NCBI GenBank assembly: GCA_024685495.1
Contig: JAIKVT010000076.1
Coordinates: 37,899-101,898, forward strand
DNA: 64,000 nucleotides
Direction: 5' to 3'
Origin: Lachnospiraceae bacterium
GTDB taxonomy: Bacteria > Bacillota > Clostridia > Lachnospirales > Lachnospiraceae
This document shows, piece by piece, positions 27,689 to 38,477 of the stretch; the first letter of the stretch is position 1; each line of letters begins with the position of its first letter. The translations under genes and the position numbers were made by a program. The notes under the pieces are model-generated. The model made no database searches, was not told the origin of the DNA, and saw only the letters and a program-made list of their open reading frames with translations.

Positions 27689-28380
27689 AAAGAGTCTTAC
27701 TAAAGCTTAGCGGAGAAGCCTTAGCCGGTGACAAAAAGATGGGCTTTGATGAGGAAACCTGTATTAAGGTTGCTAATCAAGTTAAAGAGATAGTTAAAGC
27801 CGGTGTTGAAGTTGGAATCGTTATAGGCGGTGGAAATTTCTGGAGAGGCAGACAGAATAATACAATTGATAGAACTAAAGCCGATCAGATAGGAATGCTC
27901 GCAACTGTTATGAATTGTATATATGTATCTGAGATATTCAGATATGTAGGTATGGATACGCTTGTTATGACTCAGTTTGCTTGTGGTGATTGTTCGGTAA
28001 TGTTTTCTAAAGATGAGGCTACGGCTGCTTTATCACAAGGTAAAGTTGTATTCTTTGCCGGAGGCACCGGTCATCCGTATTTTTCAACAGATACGGCGAC
28101 TGTTTTAAGAGCTGTTGAAATCGAAGCCGAATGTATTTTGCTTGCGAAGTCTATTGACGGTGTATATGATTCGGATCCGGCAGTTAATCCGAATGCTAAG
28201 CGATATGATTCAATTACAATACGCGAGGTTATAGATAACAGATTAGGTGTTGTAGATTTGACGGCATCTATTATGTGCTTAGAGAATAAGATGCCTATGT
28301 ATGTGTTTGCGCTTAATGAAGAGAGCAGCATAAGTAAGGCCATTTCCGGCAAATTTAACGGAACGGTTGTAAGCGTGTAA
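27685..28380 (+). CDS. pyrH: UMP kinase
   Basis: KRVLLKLSGEAL...GGGNFWRG...GGTGHPYFSTDTA motifs. Confidence 0.96.
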   Translation: MKRVLLKLSGEALAGDKKMGFDEETCIKVANQVKEIVKAGVEVGIVIGGGNFWRGRQNNTIDRTKADQIGMLATVMNCIYVSEIFRYVGMDTLVMTQFACGDCSVMFSKDEATAALSQGKVVFFAGGTGHPYFSTDTATVLRAVEIEAECILLAKSIDGVYDSDPAVNPNAKRYDSITIREVIDNRLGVVDLTASIMCLENKMPMYVFALNEESSISKAISGKFNGTVVSV

Positions 28381-28459
28381 TATAAGATATATTATTTTAT
28401 TTTTTATAAATTTAATATTAAGATATATTAGATTTTGATTTTTCAGGGGGATATGACAT

Positions 28460-29014
28460 ATGGATGAGAGACTTAGTAAATACGAAGATAAAATGCAAAA
28501 GTCACTTAACAATTTATTTTCTGAATATAATTCAATACGTGCGGGAAGAGCTAATCCTCATGTGTTAGATAATGTTCAGGTAGATTATTATGGTACACCT
28601 ACTCCGATTAATCAGGTTGCTAACGTGTCAGTTCCTGAAGCGAGATTAATTCTTATTCAACCCTGGGAACCCTCTATGGTAAAAGAGATAGAAAGAGCAA
28701 TTAATACTTCTGATATAGGAATTAATCCTACTAATGATGGTAAAGCGATAAGACTTGTCTTTCCGGAACTTACTGAGGAACGTCGTAAAGAACTTGCTAA
28801 AGATGTCAAAAAGAAAGGTGAGAATACGAAGGTAGCCATTAGAAATATCAGAAGAGATGCTAATGATTCGTTCAAGAAGTTATCTAAGCAAGATGACGTG
28901 TCTGAAGATGATATTAAAGAGCTTGAAGAAGAAGTGCAAAAGCTTACTGATAAATATATCAAGAAAGTGGATAGTGCAGCTTCAGACAAAACAGATGAAA
29001 TTCTTACAGTATAG
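28460..29014 (+). CDS. frr: Ribosome recycling factor
   Basis: 184 aa with typical RRF sequence (RAGRANPHVLDNVQVDYYGTPTPINQVANVSVPEARLILIQPWE). Confidence 0.97.
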   Translation: MDERLSKYEDKMQKSLNNLFSEYNSIRAGRANPHVLDNVQVDYYGTPTPINQVANVSVPEARLILIQPWEPSMVKEIERAINTSDIGINPTNDGKAIRLVFPELTEERRKELAKDVKKKGENTKVAIRNIRRDANDSFKKLSKQDDVSEDDIKELEEEVQKLTDKYIKKVDSAASDKTDEILTV

Positions 29015-29019
29015 AAAAT

Positions 29020-29058
29020 AAAAAGACACTGTCATTTGAATCGGTGTCTTTTTTTCTT
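29020..29058 (+). terminator. Intrinsic terminator after frr
   Basis: AAAAGACAC / GTGTCTTTT stem with a 14-nt loop, followed by a T-run. Confidence 0.75.
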
Positions 29059-29089
29059 TAATTGATATTTTTCATAAGGAGATAATTCT

Positions 29090-29785
29090 ATGGTGCCTAA
29101 ACATATTGCAATTATAATGGACGGTAACGGCAGATGGGCTAAAGCCAAAGGCCTCCCGAGAACTGTTGGACATATTAAGGGAGCTAAAAATATTGAGACT
29201 ATTGCCAGGGCCGCTAAAAAATTGGGAGTAAAATATCTTACTGTATACGCATTTTCTACCGAAAATTGGTCTAGACCTGAAGATGAAGTAAGTAAACTTA
29301 TGGAGCTTCTCATTGAATATCTTAATAAGGCATATAAGAATGCTGAAAAGAATCAAATGAGAGTAAGAGTTATTGGTCAACGTGAAAGATTAGAAAAAAG
29401 AATTAAAGATCGAATCGAAGAAGTAGAAGAAGTGACGGCAGGATATGACGAAATATTCTTACAGGTTGCCTTTAATTATGGTAGTCGTGATGAGATAGTA
29501 AGAGCGACAAGAAAAATAACTCAAGATGTCAAAGAAGGTAAGTTAGATTCGGCAGATATCACAGAAGAGACATTTGGCTCATATCTCGATACAAAGGATA
29601 TTCCTGATCCGGATTTACTTATAAGAACAAGCGGTGAAGAAAGAATATCTAATTATTTATTATGGCAACTTGCGTATAGTGAGTTCTATTTTACTAAGAC
29701 TCCCTGGCCTGATTTTTCGCCTAAGGAACTAGAAGCCGCAATTGATGAGTTTAATAATCGTAACAGAAGATTTGGAAATGTGTAA
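29090..29785 (+). CDS. uppS: Undecaprenyl-diphosphate synthase (isoprenyl transferase)
   Basis: HIAIIMDGNGRWA...YAFSTENW...RTSGE.RISN(F/Y)LLWQ motifs. Confidence 0.96.
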   Translation: MVPKHIAIIMDGNGRWAKAKGLPRTVGHIKGAKNIETIARAAKKLGVKYLTVYAFSTENWSRPEDEVSKLMELLIEYLNKAYKNAEKNQMRVRVIGQRERLEKRIKDRIEEVEEVTAGYDEIFLQVAFNYGSRDEIVRATRKITQDVKEGKLDSADITEETFGSYLDTKDIPDPDLLIRTSGEERISNYLLWQLAYSEFYFTKTPWPDFSPKELEAAIDEFNNRNRRFGNV

Positions 29786-29830
29786 TCAAACGATAGTCTA
29801 TGATTTTGTTTGAGTGATGAAGGAGATAAA

Positions 29831-30664
29831 ATGGCAGACAAAAAATCAGATAAAAAATCCGGATTTATTACAAGACTTATTTCAGGAATTGTTCTTGTTA
29901 TAATTTTACTTGTTGTTATTATACTTGGAGGACCTGTACTGCTAGTGTCAATGGGTATAGTTTCCATTATCGGAATGTGGGAATTATATAAGGTTTTTAA
30001 TGTACATAATAAACCTGCAGGAATAATCGGATATTTGTTTTGTGCAATATTTTATGCTAATTTACAATTCGGCTTTATGCGTGAAACATACCTTATATTC
30101 GTAATTTTCCTTATTATTGAACTTGCAATATTTGTATTTTCATATCCTAATTATAAAACAGAACAAATAATGGCTGTATTTTTTGGATTATTTTATGTAG
30201 CTGTCATGATATCATTTATATATCAGACAAGATTGCTTCCTAATAACGGAGCTTATGTAGTATGGCTTATTTTCTGTTGTTCATGGGGAGCTGACACTTG
30301 TGCTTATTGTGTGGGAATGTTGTTTGGTAAACATAAGATGTCGCCTAAATTAAGCCCTAAGAAATCTGTTGAAGGAGCTATAGGTGGTATAGTCGGAGCC
30401 GCACTAATTGCAGCGATATATCTTATTATTGTAAGAAATCTTATGGGAATTGTATGGCTAGATATAGTTATATTATCTGCTATTGTTGCTGTAGGTGCAT
30501 TTATATCAATTATTGGTGATTTGGCAGCTTCAGCAATTAAGAGGTTTTATGATATTAAAGATTACGGTAAATTAATACCGGGTCATGGAGGGATTTTAGA
30601 CCGTTTTGATTCAGTTATAATAACAGCTCCAATTATTTATATTTTGTCATTTTATTTTGTCTAG
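29831..30664 (+). CDS. cdsA: Phosphatidate cytidylyltransferase
   Basis: Polytopic membrane protein with the C-terminal CdsA signature (SAIKR..DIKDYGKLIPGHGGILDRFDS). ATG at 29831 follows AAGGAG. Confidence 0.93.
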   Translation: MADKKSDKKSGFITRLISGIVLVIILLVVIILGGPVLLVSMGIVSIIGMWELYKVFNVHNKPAGIIGYLFCAIFYANLQFGFMRETYLIFVIFLIIELAIFVFSYPNYKTEQIMAVFFGLFYVAVMISFIYQTRLLPNNGAYVVWLIFCCSWGADTCAYCVGMLFGKHKMSPKLSPKKSVEGAIGGIVGAALIAAIYLIIVRNLMGIVWLDIVILSAIVAVGAFISIIGDLAASAIKRFYDIKDYGKLIPGHGGILDRFDSVIITAPIIYILSFYFV

Positions 30665-30692
30665 GTATTATTAATACCATATGGAGGTTAAA

Positions 30693-31820
30693 ATGAGAAA
30701 AATAGCACTTCTTGGTTCAACCGGCTCAATTGGTACACAGACATTATCAATCGCAAGAGAGAAAAAAGATCTTCAGATTGTTGCCATGTCGTGCGGTTCT
30801 AATATTGATTTATTTGAAAAACAAATTAGAGAGTTTAATCCGTCTGTTGTATCAGTTTCAGATGAGAATAAAGCAAAAGAACTTCAAGATAGAATAAGCG
30901 ATTTATCTACAGAAGTATTGTCCGGAATGGATGGTCTTATAGCTGTAGCGACTTGTAATGAAGCTACAATTGTTGTTACTGCAATAGTTGGTATGCTTGG
31001 TATAAGACCGACTATAGCGGCTATTAACGCCGGTAAAGATATTGCTTTAGCTAATAAAGAGACACTTGTAACTGCTGGACATATTATAATGCCTCTTGCA
31101 AAGAGTAAGAACATTTCAATACTTCCTGTTGACTCGGAACATTCTGCAATTTTTCAATCATTACAGGGTAATGATGATAATAGAATACATAAGATTTTAC
31201 TTACTGCAAGTGGTGGTCCGTTTAGAGGATTTAAAGGTGAACAACTTCAAAATGTTACATTAGAAGATGCACTAAAGCATCCTAATTGGAGTATGGGGCG
31301 CAAAATAACTGTTGATTCTGCGAGCATGGTTAATAAAGGCTTAGAAGTAATTGAAGCAAAATGGCTCTTTGATGTTGAGTATAATCAGATTGAAGTATAT
31401 GTTCATCCACAATCTATTCTTCATTCAGCTGTAGAATATGAAGATGGTGCTGTGATTGGACAAATGGGAGTTCCCGATATGCGACTTCCCATTCAATATG
31501 CTTTGTATTATCCGAAAAGACTTAATATGTCAGGTGAGCGTCTTGATTTATTTAAAGTATCAAATCTTACTTTTGAAAAGCCTGATTTAAATGTGTTTAA
31601 AGGCCTTGGATTTGCATATGAAGCTATCAAAAGAGGCGGTAATATGCCTACAATATTTAATGCCGCAAATGAGAAAGCAGTTGCGCTGTTTTTAGATAAA
31701 AAGATTTCATTTATTGATATATACAGACAAATTGAAAATGCGATGAATAAGATTGATTTTATTGCTGATCCTGATTTGGATGAAATACTTCAAACAGAAC
31801 AGGATGTATATAAGTTATAG
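30693..31820 (+). CDS. dxr: 1-deoxy-D-xylulose-5-phosphate reductoisomerase
   Basis: KIALLGSTGSIGTQTL NADPH-binding N-terminus and LANKE...DSEHSAIFQ motifs. ATG at 30693 follows GGAGG. Confidence 0.96.
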   Translation: MRKIALLGSTGSIGTQTLSIAREKKDLQIVAMSCGSNIDLFEKQIREFNPSVVSVSDENKAKELQDRISDLSTEVLSGMDGLIAVATCNEATIVVTAIVGMLGIRPTIAAINAGKDIALANKETLVTAGHIIMPLAKSKNISILPVDSEHSAIFQSLQGNDDNRIHKILLTASGGPFRGFKGEQLQNVTLEDALKHPNWSMGRKITVDSASMVNKGLEVIEAKWLFDVEYNQIEVYVHPQSILHSAVEYEDGAVIGQMGVPDMRLPIQYALYYPKRLNMSGERLDLFKVSNLTFEKPDLNVFKGLGFAYEAIKRGGNMPTIFNAANEKAVALFLDKKISFIDIYRQIENAMNKIDFIADPDLDEILQTEQDVYKL

Positions 31821-31846
31821 AACAGGCTGTATATAAGTTATAGAAC
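31796..31846 (+). repeat. 2.2 tandem copies of a 23-nt unit spanning the dxr stop codon
   Basis: AGAACAGGATGTATATAAGTTAT / AGAACAGGCTGTATATAAGTTAT / AGAAC. The dxr TAG (31818-31820) straddles the unit junction. Confidence 0.95.
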
Positions 31847-31856
31847 GGAGTTTTGA

Positions 31857-32897
31857 ATGCTTAAAATTATTATTGCAATTTTAATATTTAGTTTTATAGT
31901 GGTCTTTCATGAACTGGGACATTTTTTCGTTGCAAAAAGATGTAATGTTAAAGTTAATGAGTTTTGGCTTGGTATGGGTCCCAATCTGTTTTCGTTTACT
32001 AAAGGTGAGACGAAGTATTGCCTTAAATTACTGCCATTTGGTGGTGCTTGTGTAATGGAAGGTGAAGACGAAGAGAGTGATGATGAAAGAGCATTTAACA
32101 AAAAACCATTATGGCAAAGAGCATTAATTGTTGCGGCAGGACCATTTAGCAATTTTATTCTTGCTGCAATATTATGTGTTATAGTGGTTGTTGCTATGGG
32201 AATTGATAAACCGGTTGTTTATTATTTGACGGAAGGTGGAAGTGGCCAGGAAGCCGGCTTACAAGTCGGTGATGAAGTGACTAAGATGGGCAGTTATAAT
32301 ATTAATTTTGCACATGAGGTTTCTCCATATATATTCTTTCACTCAGATGAAGATATTGAAGTTAAATTTTTAAGAAACGGCGAAGAACACACAACCATTG
32401 TGACTCCGAAGTACAATGAAGAAAAAGGTCGTTATATGATAGGCGTTACATGGAATCCGAATCGAATTGACGGCAATTTCTTCGAAGATATATATTATGG
32501 AATGTGTCAGATGAAATACTATATATATTCGACATTTAAGAGTTTATCGGCGCTTATAACGGGACAGGTGTCATTTAAAGAAATGTCCGGACCTGTTGGT
32601 ATTGTTAAAATTATCGGAGATACATACGATCAATCCAAATCCTCAGGTGCATTATATATTGTCATGAATCTTCTTAATCTGTCGGGACTTTTATCTGCAA
32701 ACCTGTTTGTTATGAACTTACTTCCGATTCCGGCACTTGACGGTGGACGACTTTTGTTATTCTTATTTGAAGGAATCAGAGGTAAGAAGTTAAATGAAAA
32801 GATTGAAGGCAGGATACATTTAGTTGGATTTGTATTACTTATGGGAATTATGGTCGTTGTAATGTACAACGATATTGTTAAAATATTTGTTAATTAA
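31857..32897 (+). CDS. rseP: RIP zinc metalloprotease RseP/RasP
   Basis: HELGHF motif in the first TM, a PDZ-like middle region, and C-terminal NLLPIPALDGG. Confidence 0.95.
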   Translation: MLKIIIAILIFSFIVVFHELGHFFVAKRCNVKVNEFWLGMGPNLFSFTKGETKYCLKLLPFGGACVMEGEDEESDDERAFNKKPLWQRALIVAAGPFSNFILAAILCVIVVVAMGIDKPVVYYLTEGGSGQEAGLQVGDEVTKMGSYNINFAHEVSPYIFFHSDEDIEVKFLRNGEEHTTIVTPKYNEEKGRYMIGVTWNPNRIDGNFFEDIYYGMCQMKYYIYSTFKSLSALITGQVSFKEMSGPVGIVKIIGDTYDQSKSSGALYIVMNLLNLSGLLSANLFVMNLLPIPALDGGRLLLFLFEGIRGKKLNEKIEGRIHLVGFVLLMGIMVVVMYNDIVKIFVN

Positions 32898-32999
32898 ATA
32901 AATTTGCTATAAATCACTCCACGCTCATATTAAAAATCGCTTAGGAGTTTTTATGGCAAATAATTCAATTATTAAATAATTACTGATGGAGGCGGCTAA

Positions 33000-34055
33000 A
33001 TGGGTAGAGACAATACTAAGGTTATAAAAATTGGTGATAGAGTTATCGGCGGCGGTAATCCCGTACTTATCCAGTCAATGACTAATACTAAGACTAATGA
33101 TGTAGAAGCTACGGTAGCACAAGTTAATTCATTAGCTGCTTGTGGTTGCGATATTATAAGATGCGCTGTTCCTGACATGGATGCTGCAAAGGCTCTGTCA
33201 GAGATAAAAAAAAGAATTGATATACCTTTAGTTGCGGATATACATTTTGATTACAGACTTGCAATAGCCGCTATGGAAAATGGCGCTGATAAGATAAGAA
33301 TAAATCCCGGCAACATAGGTTCTAAAGACAGAATTAAGGCTGTAATAGATGTTGCAAAAGAAAGGAATATTCCTATCAGAGTTGGAGTTAATTCCGGTTC
33401 ATTGGAAAAGGATATAGTTGCAAAATATGGAGGCGTTACAGCTGAAGGTATTGTAGAATCTGCAATTGATAAAGTAAGAATCATTGAAGACATGGGATAT
33501 GATAACTTAGTTGTAAGTATCAAATCTTCAGATGTATTAATGTGTGTTAAAGCGCATGAATTAATATCTAAAGAAATTGATTATCCGCTTCATGTTGGTA
33601 TTACTGAATCAGGAACTATAATATCCGGTAATATCAAATCATCTATCGGCTTGTCTTTAATTCTTAATCAGGGAATCGGTGATACCATAAGGGTATCCCT
33701 TACAGGTGATCCTTTAGAAGAAGTGAAATCTGCCAAATTAATCCTTAAGACACTTGGCCTTAGAAAAGGCGGTGTTGAAATAGTATCTTGTCCTACCTGT
33801 GGCAGAACTCAGATTGATCTTATTTCATTGGCAAATCAAGTTGAAAATATGGTCGCAGATATACCTCTTGATATTAAAGTTGCTGTTATGGGTTGTGTGG
33901 TTAACGGACCCGGTGAAGCAAAAGAAGCAGATATAGGAATTGCCGGAGGAATTAACGAAGGCCTTATTATCAAAAAAGGGGAAATAATTAAGAAGGTTCC
34001 TGAAGATCAGCTTATTAATGAACTTCGAAATGAATTACAAAATTGGGGTAAATAG
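33000..34055 (+). CDS. ispG: 4-hydroxy-3-methylbut-2-enyl-diphosphate synthase
   Basis: IQSMTNT, RINPGNIG and CPTCGRT Fe-S Cys motifs. 351 aa. Confidence 0.96.
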   Translation: MGRDNTKVIKIGDRVIGGGNPVLIQSMTNTKTNDVEATVAQVNSLAACGCDIIRCAVPDMDAAKALSEIKKRIDIPLVADIHFDYRLAIAAMENGADKIRINPGNIGSKDRIKAVIDVAKERNIPIRVGVNSGSLEKDIVAKYGGVTAEGIVESAIDKVRIIEDMGYDNLVVSIKSSDVLMCVKAHELISKEIDYPLHVGITESGTIISGNIKSSIGLSLILNQGIGDTIRVSLTGDPLEEVKSAKLILKTLGLRKGGVEIVSCPTCGRTQIDLISLANQVENMVADIPLDIKVAVMGCVVNGPGEAKEADIGIAGGINEGLIIKKGEIIKKVPEDQLINELRNELQNWGK

Positions 34056-37000
34056 ATGGAGAAATTATTCTTTGAAGCTTTTCCAAAATTAGATTTAGAT
34101 GAAGATTTATGTAACGTTTTAAACGATACTAAAGTCACAAAGGTAAGCACTAACAGATCGAGAGATGCTGTAAGTGTTTATCTTTATTGTCATACTTTAA
34201 TTCCTAAGAGAAGAATTAGAAAATTAGAAAAAGAAATTAAGTCACAGGTTTTTTATCTTGATGACCTTAATGTAAATATAATTGAAAAATTTGACTTATC
34301 TTCACAATATAGTGTTGAGTCTTTTTTTGAAGAGTATAAAGACAGTATATATCATGAACTTAATGAATACAGCAGTCTTTTATTTGCAATAATTAAAAGA
34401 GCTGATTTTGTATTTGAAGATGATAATGTGACAATTATATTAGAAGATAATGAATATACAAAAGAAAGAGAAGAGGAAATACTTCATATTTTTAGCAAGA
34501 TATTTTGTGAAAGAGCAGGCTTAAATGCTGTTATAGACTTTGATTACAAAGAAGTTAAAGGTACTGATTATCAAAAGAAAAATGATTTATATGTAAAAAA
34601 CAGAGTTGATAATATAATAGATAATCTCGAAGCTTTAGAAGAAAAAGAACGTGAAGCCGAAGAAGAAAAGAATGAGAAAAACAATAAAGAGTTTAAAAAT
34701 CAAAAGAGAACTTACGGCTTAATTAAATCTTCTAATAAAGACGTTATATTTGGTAAAGAATTTGATGATGATGCAAAGGATATAATTAATCTTAACGTCG
34801 CTGATTGTGGTGAAGATGTTGTTATTAGTGGTGAGATTTTTAATATAGAGTATAGAGCCATTAGAGATGACAGAAATGTTGTAACTGTATCAATTTATGA
34901 TCAAACTGATTCTATAGATATTAAATTTTTCATTCGAAATGATTTGCTAGATGAATTTAACGGTCATTTCAAAAAAGGTGTTGGAATAAAAGTAAAAGGA
35001 CTTTTAGATTACGATAAATTTACAAACGAGATTGATATATACAGAGTACATGGCGTAATGAAATCACCTGTGGCACATGTTACCAGGATGGATAATGCAA
35101 TTGAGAAGAGAGTTGAACTTCATTGTCATACAAAGTCCAGTGAAATGGATGGTGTTTCTTCTGCTGCTGATTTGTATAAAAAAGCAAAAGAATGGGGACA
35201 TAAAGCGCTTGCGTTAACAGATCACGGTGTTGTACAGGCATTTACTGAAAAGGCGCTAGGTAAGTCAGGAGCATTTAACGATCCTGATTTTAAAATAATA
35301 CTCGGCTGTGAAGCTTATATTGTCGATGATTATAAGACGATTGTAACTAATCCTAAAGGCCAGGATATTAATACTTCGTATGTTGTATTTGATATAGAGA
35401 CCACGGGACTTAATGCACAAAAAGATAAGATAATAGAAATTGGTGCCGTTAAAGTTAAGGATAATGAGATTGTTGATAAGTTTTCTACATTCGTAAATCC
35501 AAAAAGGCCGATTCCATATGAGATTTATCAGTTAACTTCAATTAGTGATGAAGATGTAATTGATGCACCGACAATTGAAGAAGCATTGCCGGAATTTCTG
35601 GACTTTTGTGAAGGATGTGTTATGGTTGCACATAATGCAGAATTTGATATGGGATTTATTCAGGCAAAAGCTCTTGAACTTAATTTGCCTTGGGATAAAA
35701 CCGGTATAGATACTTTAGGACTTGCGAGATATTTGATTGCTGATATAGTTAAATATACTTTAGATGCAGTTGCTAAAAAATTAAAAATTGATTTAGGCCA
35801 TCATCACAGAGCGGTTGATGATGCACTTTGTACCACTAAGATTTTTATTCACTTTATGAAAGATCTCATAGATATGGATATTCATAATGTTGATGAGATA
35901 AATGTCAAGTGTGAACAGGATGATAATACAATAAGTAAACTCAATTCATACCATTGTATTATTTTAGCCAAAAATGATATTGGAAGAATTAATTTATACA
36001 GACTGGTTTCTGAGTCACATTTACGATTTTACAGACGTCGTCCTAAGATGCCTAAGAGTCTTATTAATGAATACAGGGAAGGCTTAATTATAGGTTCGGC
36101 TTGTGAAGCGGGAGAACTTTATCGTGCGCTTTTAGACGGCAGAAGTGATGATGAGATAGCTCGCATTGTACAATTCTATGATTATCTTGAGATACAACCT
36201 GTTGGAAACAATATGTTTATGATTGACAATCCTAAAATTGCTGTATCATCCGTAGAAGATATTCAAGATATTAATAAAAGAATTGTCAAATTAGGTGAAC
36301 AGTTCAATAAACCCGTATGTGCCACATGTGATGTACATTTTCTTAATCCTGCAGACGAAGTATATCGACGTATTATTATGGCCGGTAAAGGCTTTGACGA
36401 TGCTGATAATCAGGCGCCGTTATATCTGCATACAACAGATGAAATGCTCGATGAATTTTCATATCTTGGATATGATAAAGCAAAAGAAGTTGTTATAGAA
36501 TCAACTAATCTTATTGCTGATATGTGTGATAAGATTAAACCTACAAGACCGGATAAATGTCCGCCTGTTATTAAAGACTCTGACTCTAATCTAAGAGAAA
36601 TTTGCATGAATAAAGCTCATGAAATGTATGGAGATAAGTTGCCGCCTATCGTTGAAGAGAGATTAGAGAGAGAATTAAAATCAATTATAGATAACGGATA
36701 TGCCGTTATGTATATCATTGCGCAAAAACTTGTGTGGAAATCAGTTGAGGACGGATACCTTGTAGGCTCTCGTGGCTCCGTTGGTTCATCATTTGCAGCT
36801 ACTATGGCAGGTATTACGGAAGTTAATCCTTTAAGTGCGCATTATTTATGCCCTAATTGTCATTATGTGGATTTTGATTCTGACGAAGTATTACAATTTA
36901 AGGGCAGAGCCGGATGTGATATGCCGGATAAGGTATGTCCTAATTGTGGAACACCTCTCAATAAGGAAGGCTTTGATATTCCGTTTGAAACATTCCTTGG

Positions 37001-38477
37001 CTTTAAAGGTGATAAAGAGCCTGATATTGATCTGAATTTTTCAAGTGATTATCAATCTAAAGCTCATAAATATGCTGAAGTAATATTTGGTGAGGGACAG
37101 ACATATAAAGCTGGTACTATTGGCGGTCTTAAAGAAAAGACGGCATTTGGATATATTAAAAAATATTATGAAGAACATGGTGTCACTAAGAGAAAATGTG
37201 AGATTAACAGATTGGTTGATGGATGTATCGGAGTAAGGAGAACTACCGGTCAGCATCCCGGCGGTATTATTGTACTTCCTAAGGGTGAAAATATATATTC
37301 ATTTACACCTATTCAGCATCCTGCAAATGATGCTAAGAGTGGTATTATAACGACACATTTTGATTATCACAGTATTGACTCTAATCTGTTAAAACTTGAT
37401 ATGCTCGGCCATGATGATCCTAATATGATTCGTATGCTCGAAGATATCACGGGAATTGATGCGACAAAGATACCGTTAGATGATGAAAAAGTTATGTCCT
37501 TATTTAAGGACACATCTTCGCTTGAAGTTAAACCTGAAGAGTTGTGGGGTAATTGCGATTTGGGAACACTCGGAGTTCCTGAGTTTGGTACATCATTTGC
37601 TATGGATATGCTTCGTGATGCTAAGCCTAAAGAATTCTCGGATCTTGTCAGAATATCAGGGCTTTCACATGGTACGGATGTGTGGATTGGTAATGCTCAG
37701 GATCTTATCTTGAGTGGTAAGGCTACAATATCAACTGCTATATGTACCAGAGATGATATTATGACTTACCTTATATCTAAGGGATTACCGTCTGAAGAAG
37801 CATTTACCATAATGGAAAATGTAAGAAAGGGAAAAGTCGCTGCCGATGTAAATTCAGAGAAATGGCTTAAATGGAAACAGGATATGCTAGATCATGACGT
37901 GCCCGATTGGTACATCGAATCATGCGAGAAGATTAAGTATATGTTCCCTAAAGCACATGCCGTGGCTTACGTTATGATGGCATGGAGAATTGCGTATTGT
38001 AAGATTAATTATCCGCTTGCTTATTATACGGCATATTTTTCGATTAGAGCGAAAGCTTTTAACTATGAACTTATGTGTATGGGCAAATCACAAGTCGAAG
38101 CTAATCTTAAAGAGTTCGATGACAAGGAATTTCTTTCAGATAAAGAGAAAAATGAGTACAGCGATATGCTTCTTGTTCAGGAAATGTATGCACGTGGATA
38201 TGATTTCCTTCCGCTGGATTTATATAAATCTGATTCGAGATACTTTAAGGTTGAAGACGGTAAAATAAGACCACCGTTTATTGCGGTTGACGGAATGGGT
38301 GAAGCTGCTGCCGATTCTCTTATGATTGCGGCCGCCGAGAGCGAATTCATATCAAAAGACGACTTGAGAAATAGAGGCGGCTTATCTAAGACAGTAGTAG
38401 AGACCTTAGACAGACTCGGAATAACAAAGAATCTTCCGCAGTCTGATCAGTTCTCGTTATTTGATATGATAAGTTAG
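34056..38477 (+). CDS. polC: DNA polymerase III PolC-type alpha subunit
   Basis: 1473 aa with PHP (ELHCHTKSSEMDG) and an inserted DnaQ-like exonuclease (VVFDIETTGL, HNAEFDMGF, HRAVDDA). Also a Zn-finger (CPNCHY...CPNCG) and the polymerase core. Confidence 0.98.
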   Translation: MEKLFFEAFPKLDLDEDLCNVLNDTKVTKVSTNRSRDAVSVYLYCHTLIPKRRIRKLEKEIKSQVFYLDDLNVNIIEKFDLSSQYSVESFFEEYKDSIYHELNEYSSLLFAIIKRADFVFEDDNVTIILEDNEYTKEREEEILHIFSKIFCERAGLNAVIDFDYKEVKGTDYQKKNDLYVKNRVDNIIDNLEALEEKEREAEEEKNEKNNKEFKNQKRTYGLIKSSNKDVIFGKEFDDDAKDIINLNVADCGEDVVISGEIFNIEYRAIRDDRNVVTVSIYDQTDSIDIKFFIRNDLLDEFNGHFKKGVGIKVKGLLDYDKFTNEIDIYRVHGVMKSPVAHVTRMDNAIEKRVELHCHTKSSEMDGVSSAADLYKKAKEWGHKALALTDHGVVQAFTEKALGKSGAFNDPDFKIILGCEAYIVDDYKTIVTNPKGQDINTSYVVFDIETTGLNAQKDKIIEIGAVKVKDNEIVDKFSTFVNPKRPIPYEIYQLTSISDEDVIDAPTIEEALPEFLDFCEGCVMVAHNAEFDMGFIQAKALELNLPWDKTGIDTLGLARYLIADIVKYTLDAVAKKLKIDLGHHHRAVDDALCTTKIFIHFMKDLIDMDIHNVDEINVKCEQDDNTISKLNSYHCIILAKNDIGRINLYRLVSESHLRFYRRRPKMPKSLINEYREGLIIGSACEAGELYRALLDGRSDDEIARIVQFYDYLEIQPVGNNMFMIDNPKIAVSSVEDIQDINKRIVKLGEQFNKPVCATCDVHFLNPADEVYRRIIMAGKGFDDADNQAPLYLHTTDEMLDEFSYLGYDKAKEVVIESTNLIADMCDKIKPTRPDKCPPVIKDSDSNLREICMNKAHEMYGDKLPPIVEERLERELKSIIDNGYAVMYIIAQKLVWKSVEDGYLVGSRGSVGSSFAATMAGITEVNPLSAHYLCPNCHYVDFDSDEVLQFKGRAGCDMPDKVCPNCGTPLNKEGFDIPFETFLGFKGDKEPDIDLNFSSDYQSKAHKYAEVIFGEGQTYKAGTIGGLKEKTAFGYIKKYYEEHGVTKRKCEINRLVDGCIGVRRTTGQHPGGIIVLPKGENIYSFTPIQHPANDAKSGIITTHFDYHSIDSNLLKLDMLGHDDPNMIRMLEDITGIDATKIPLDDEKVMSLFKDTSSLEVKPEELWGNCDLGTLGVPEFGTSFAMDMLRDAKPKEFSDLVRISGLSHGTDVWIGNAQDLILSGKATISTAICTRDDIMTYLISKGLPSEEAFTIMENVRKGKVAADVNSEKWLKWKQDMLDHDVPDWYIESCEKIKYMFPKAHAVAYVMMAWRIAYCKINYPLAYYTAYFSIRAKAFNYELMCMGKSQVEANLKEFDDKEFLSDKEKNEYSDMLLVQEMYARGYDFLPLDLYKSDSRYFKVEDGKIRPPFIAVDGMGEAAADSLMIAAAESEFISKDDLRNRGGLSKTVVETLDRLGITKNLPQSDQFSLFDMIS

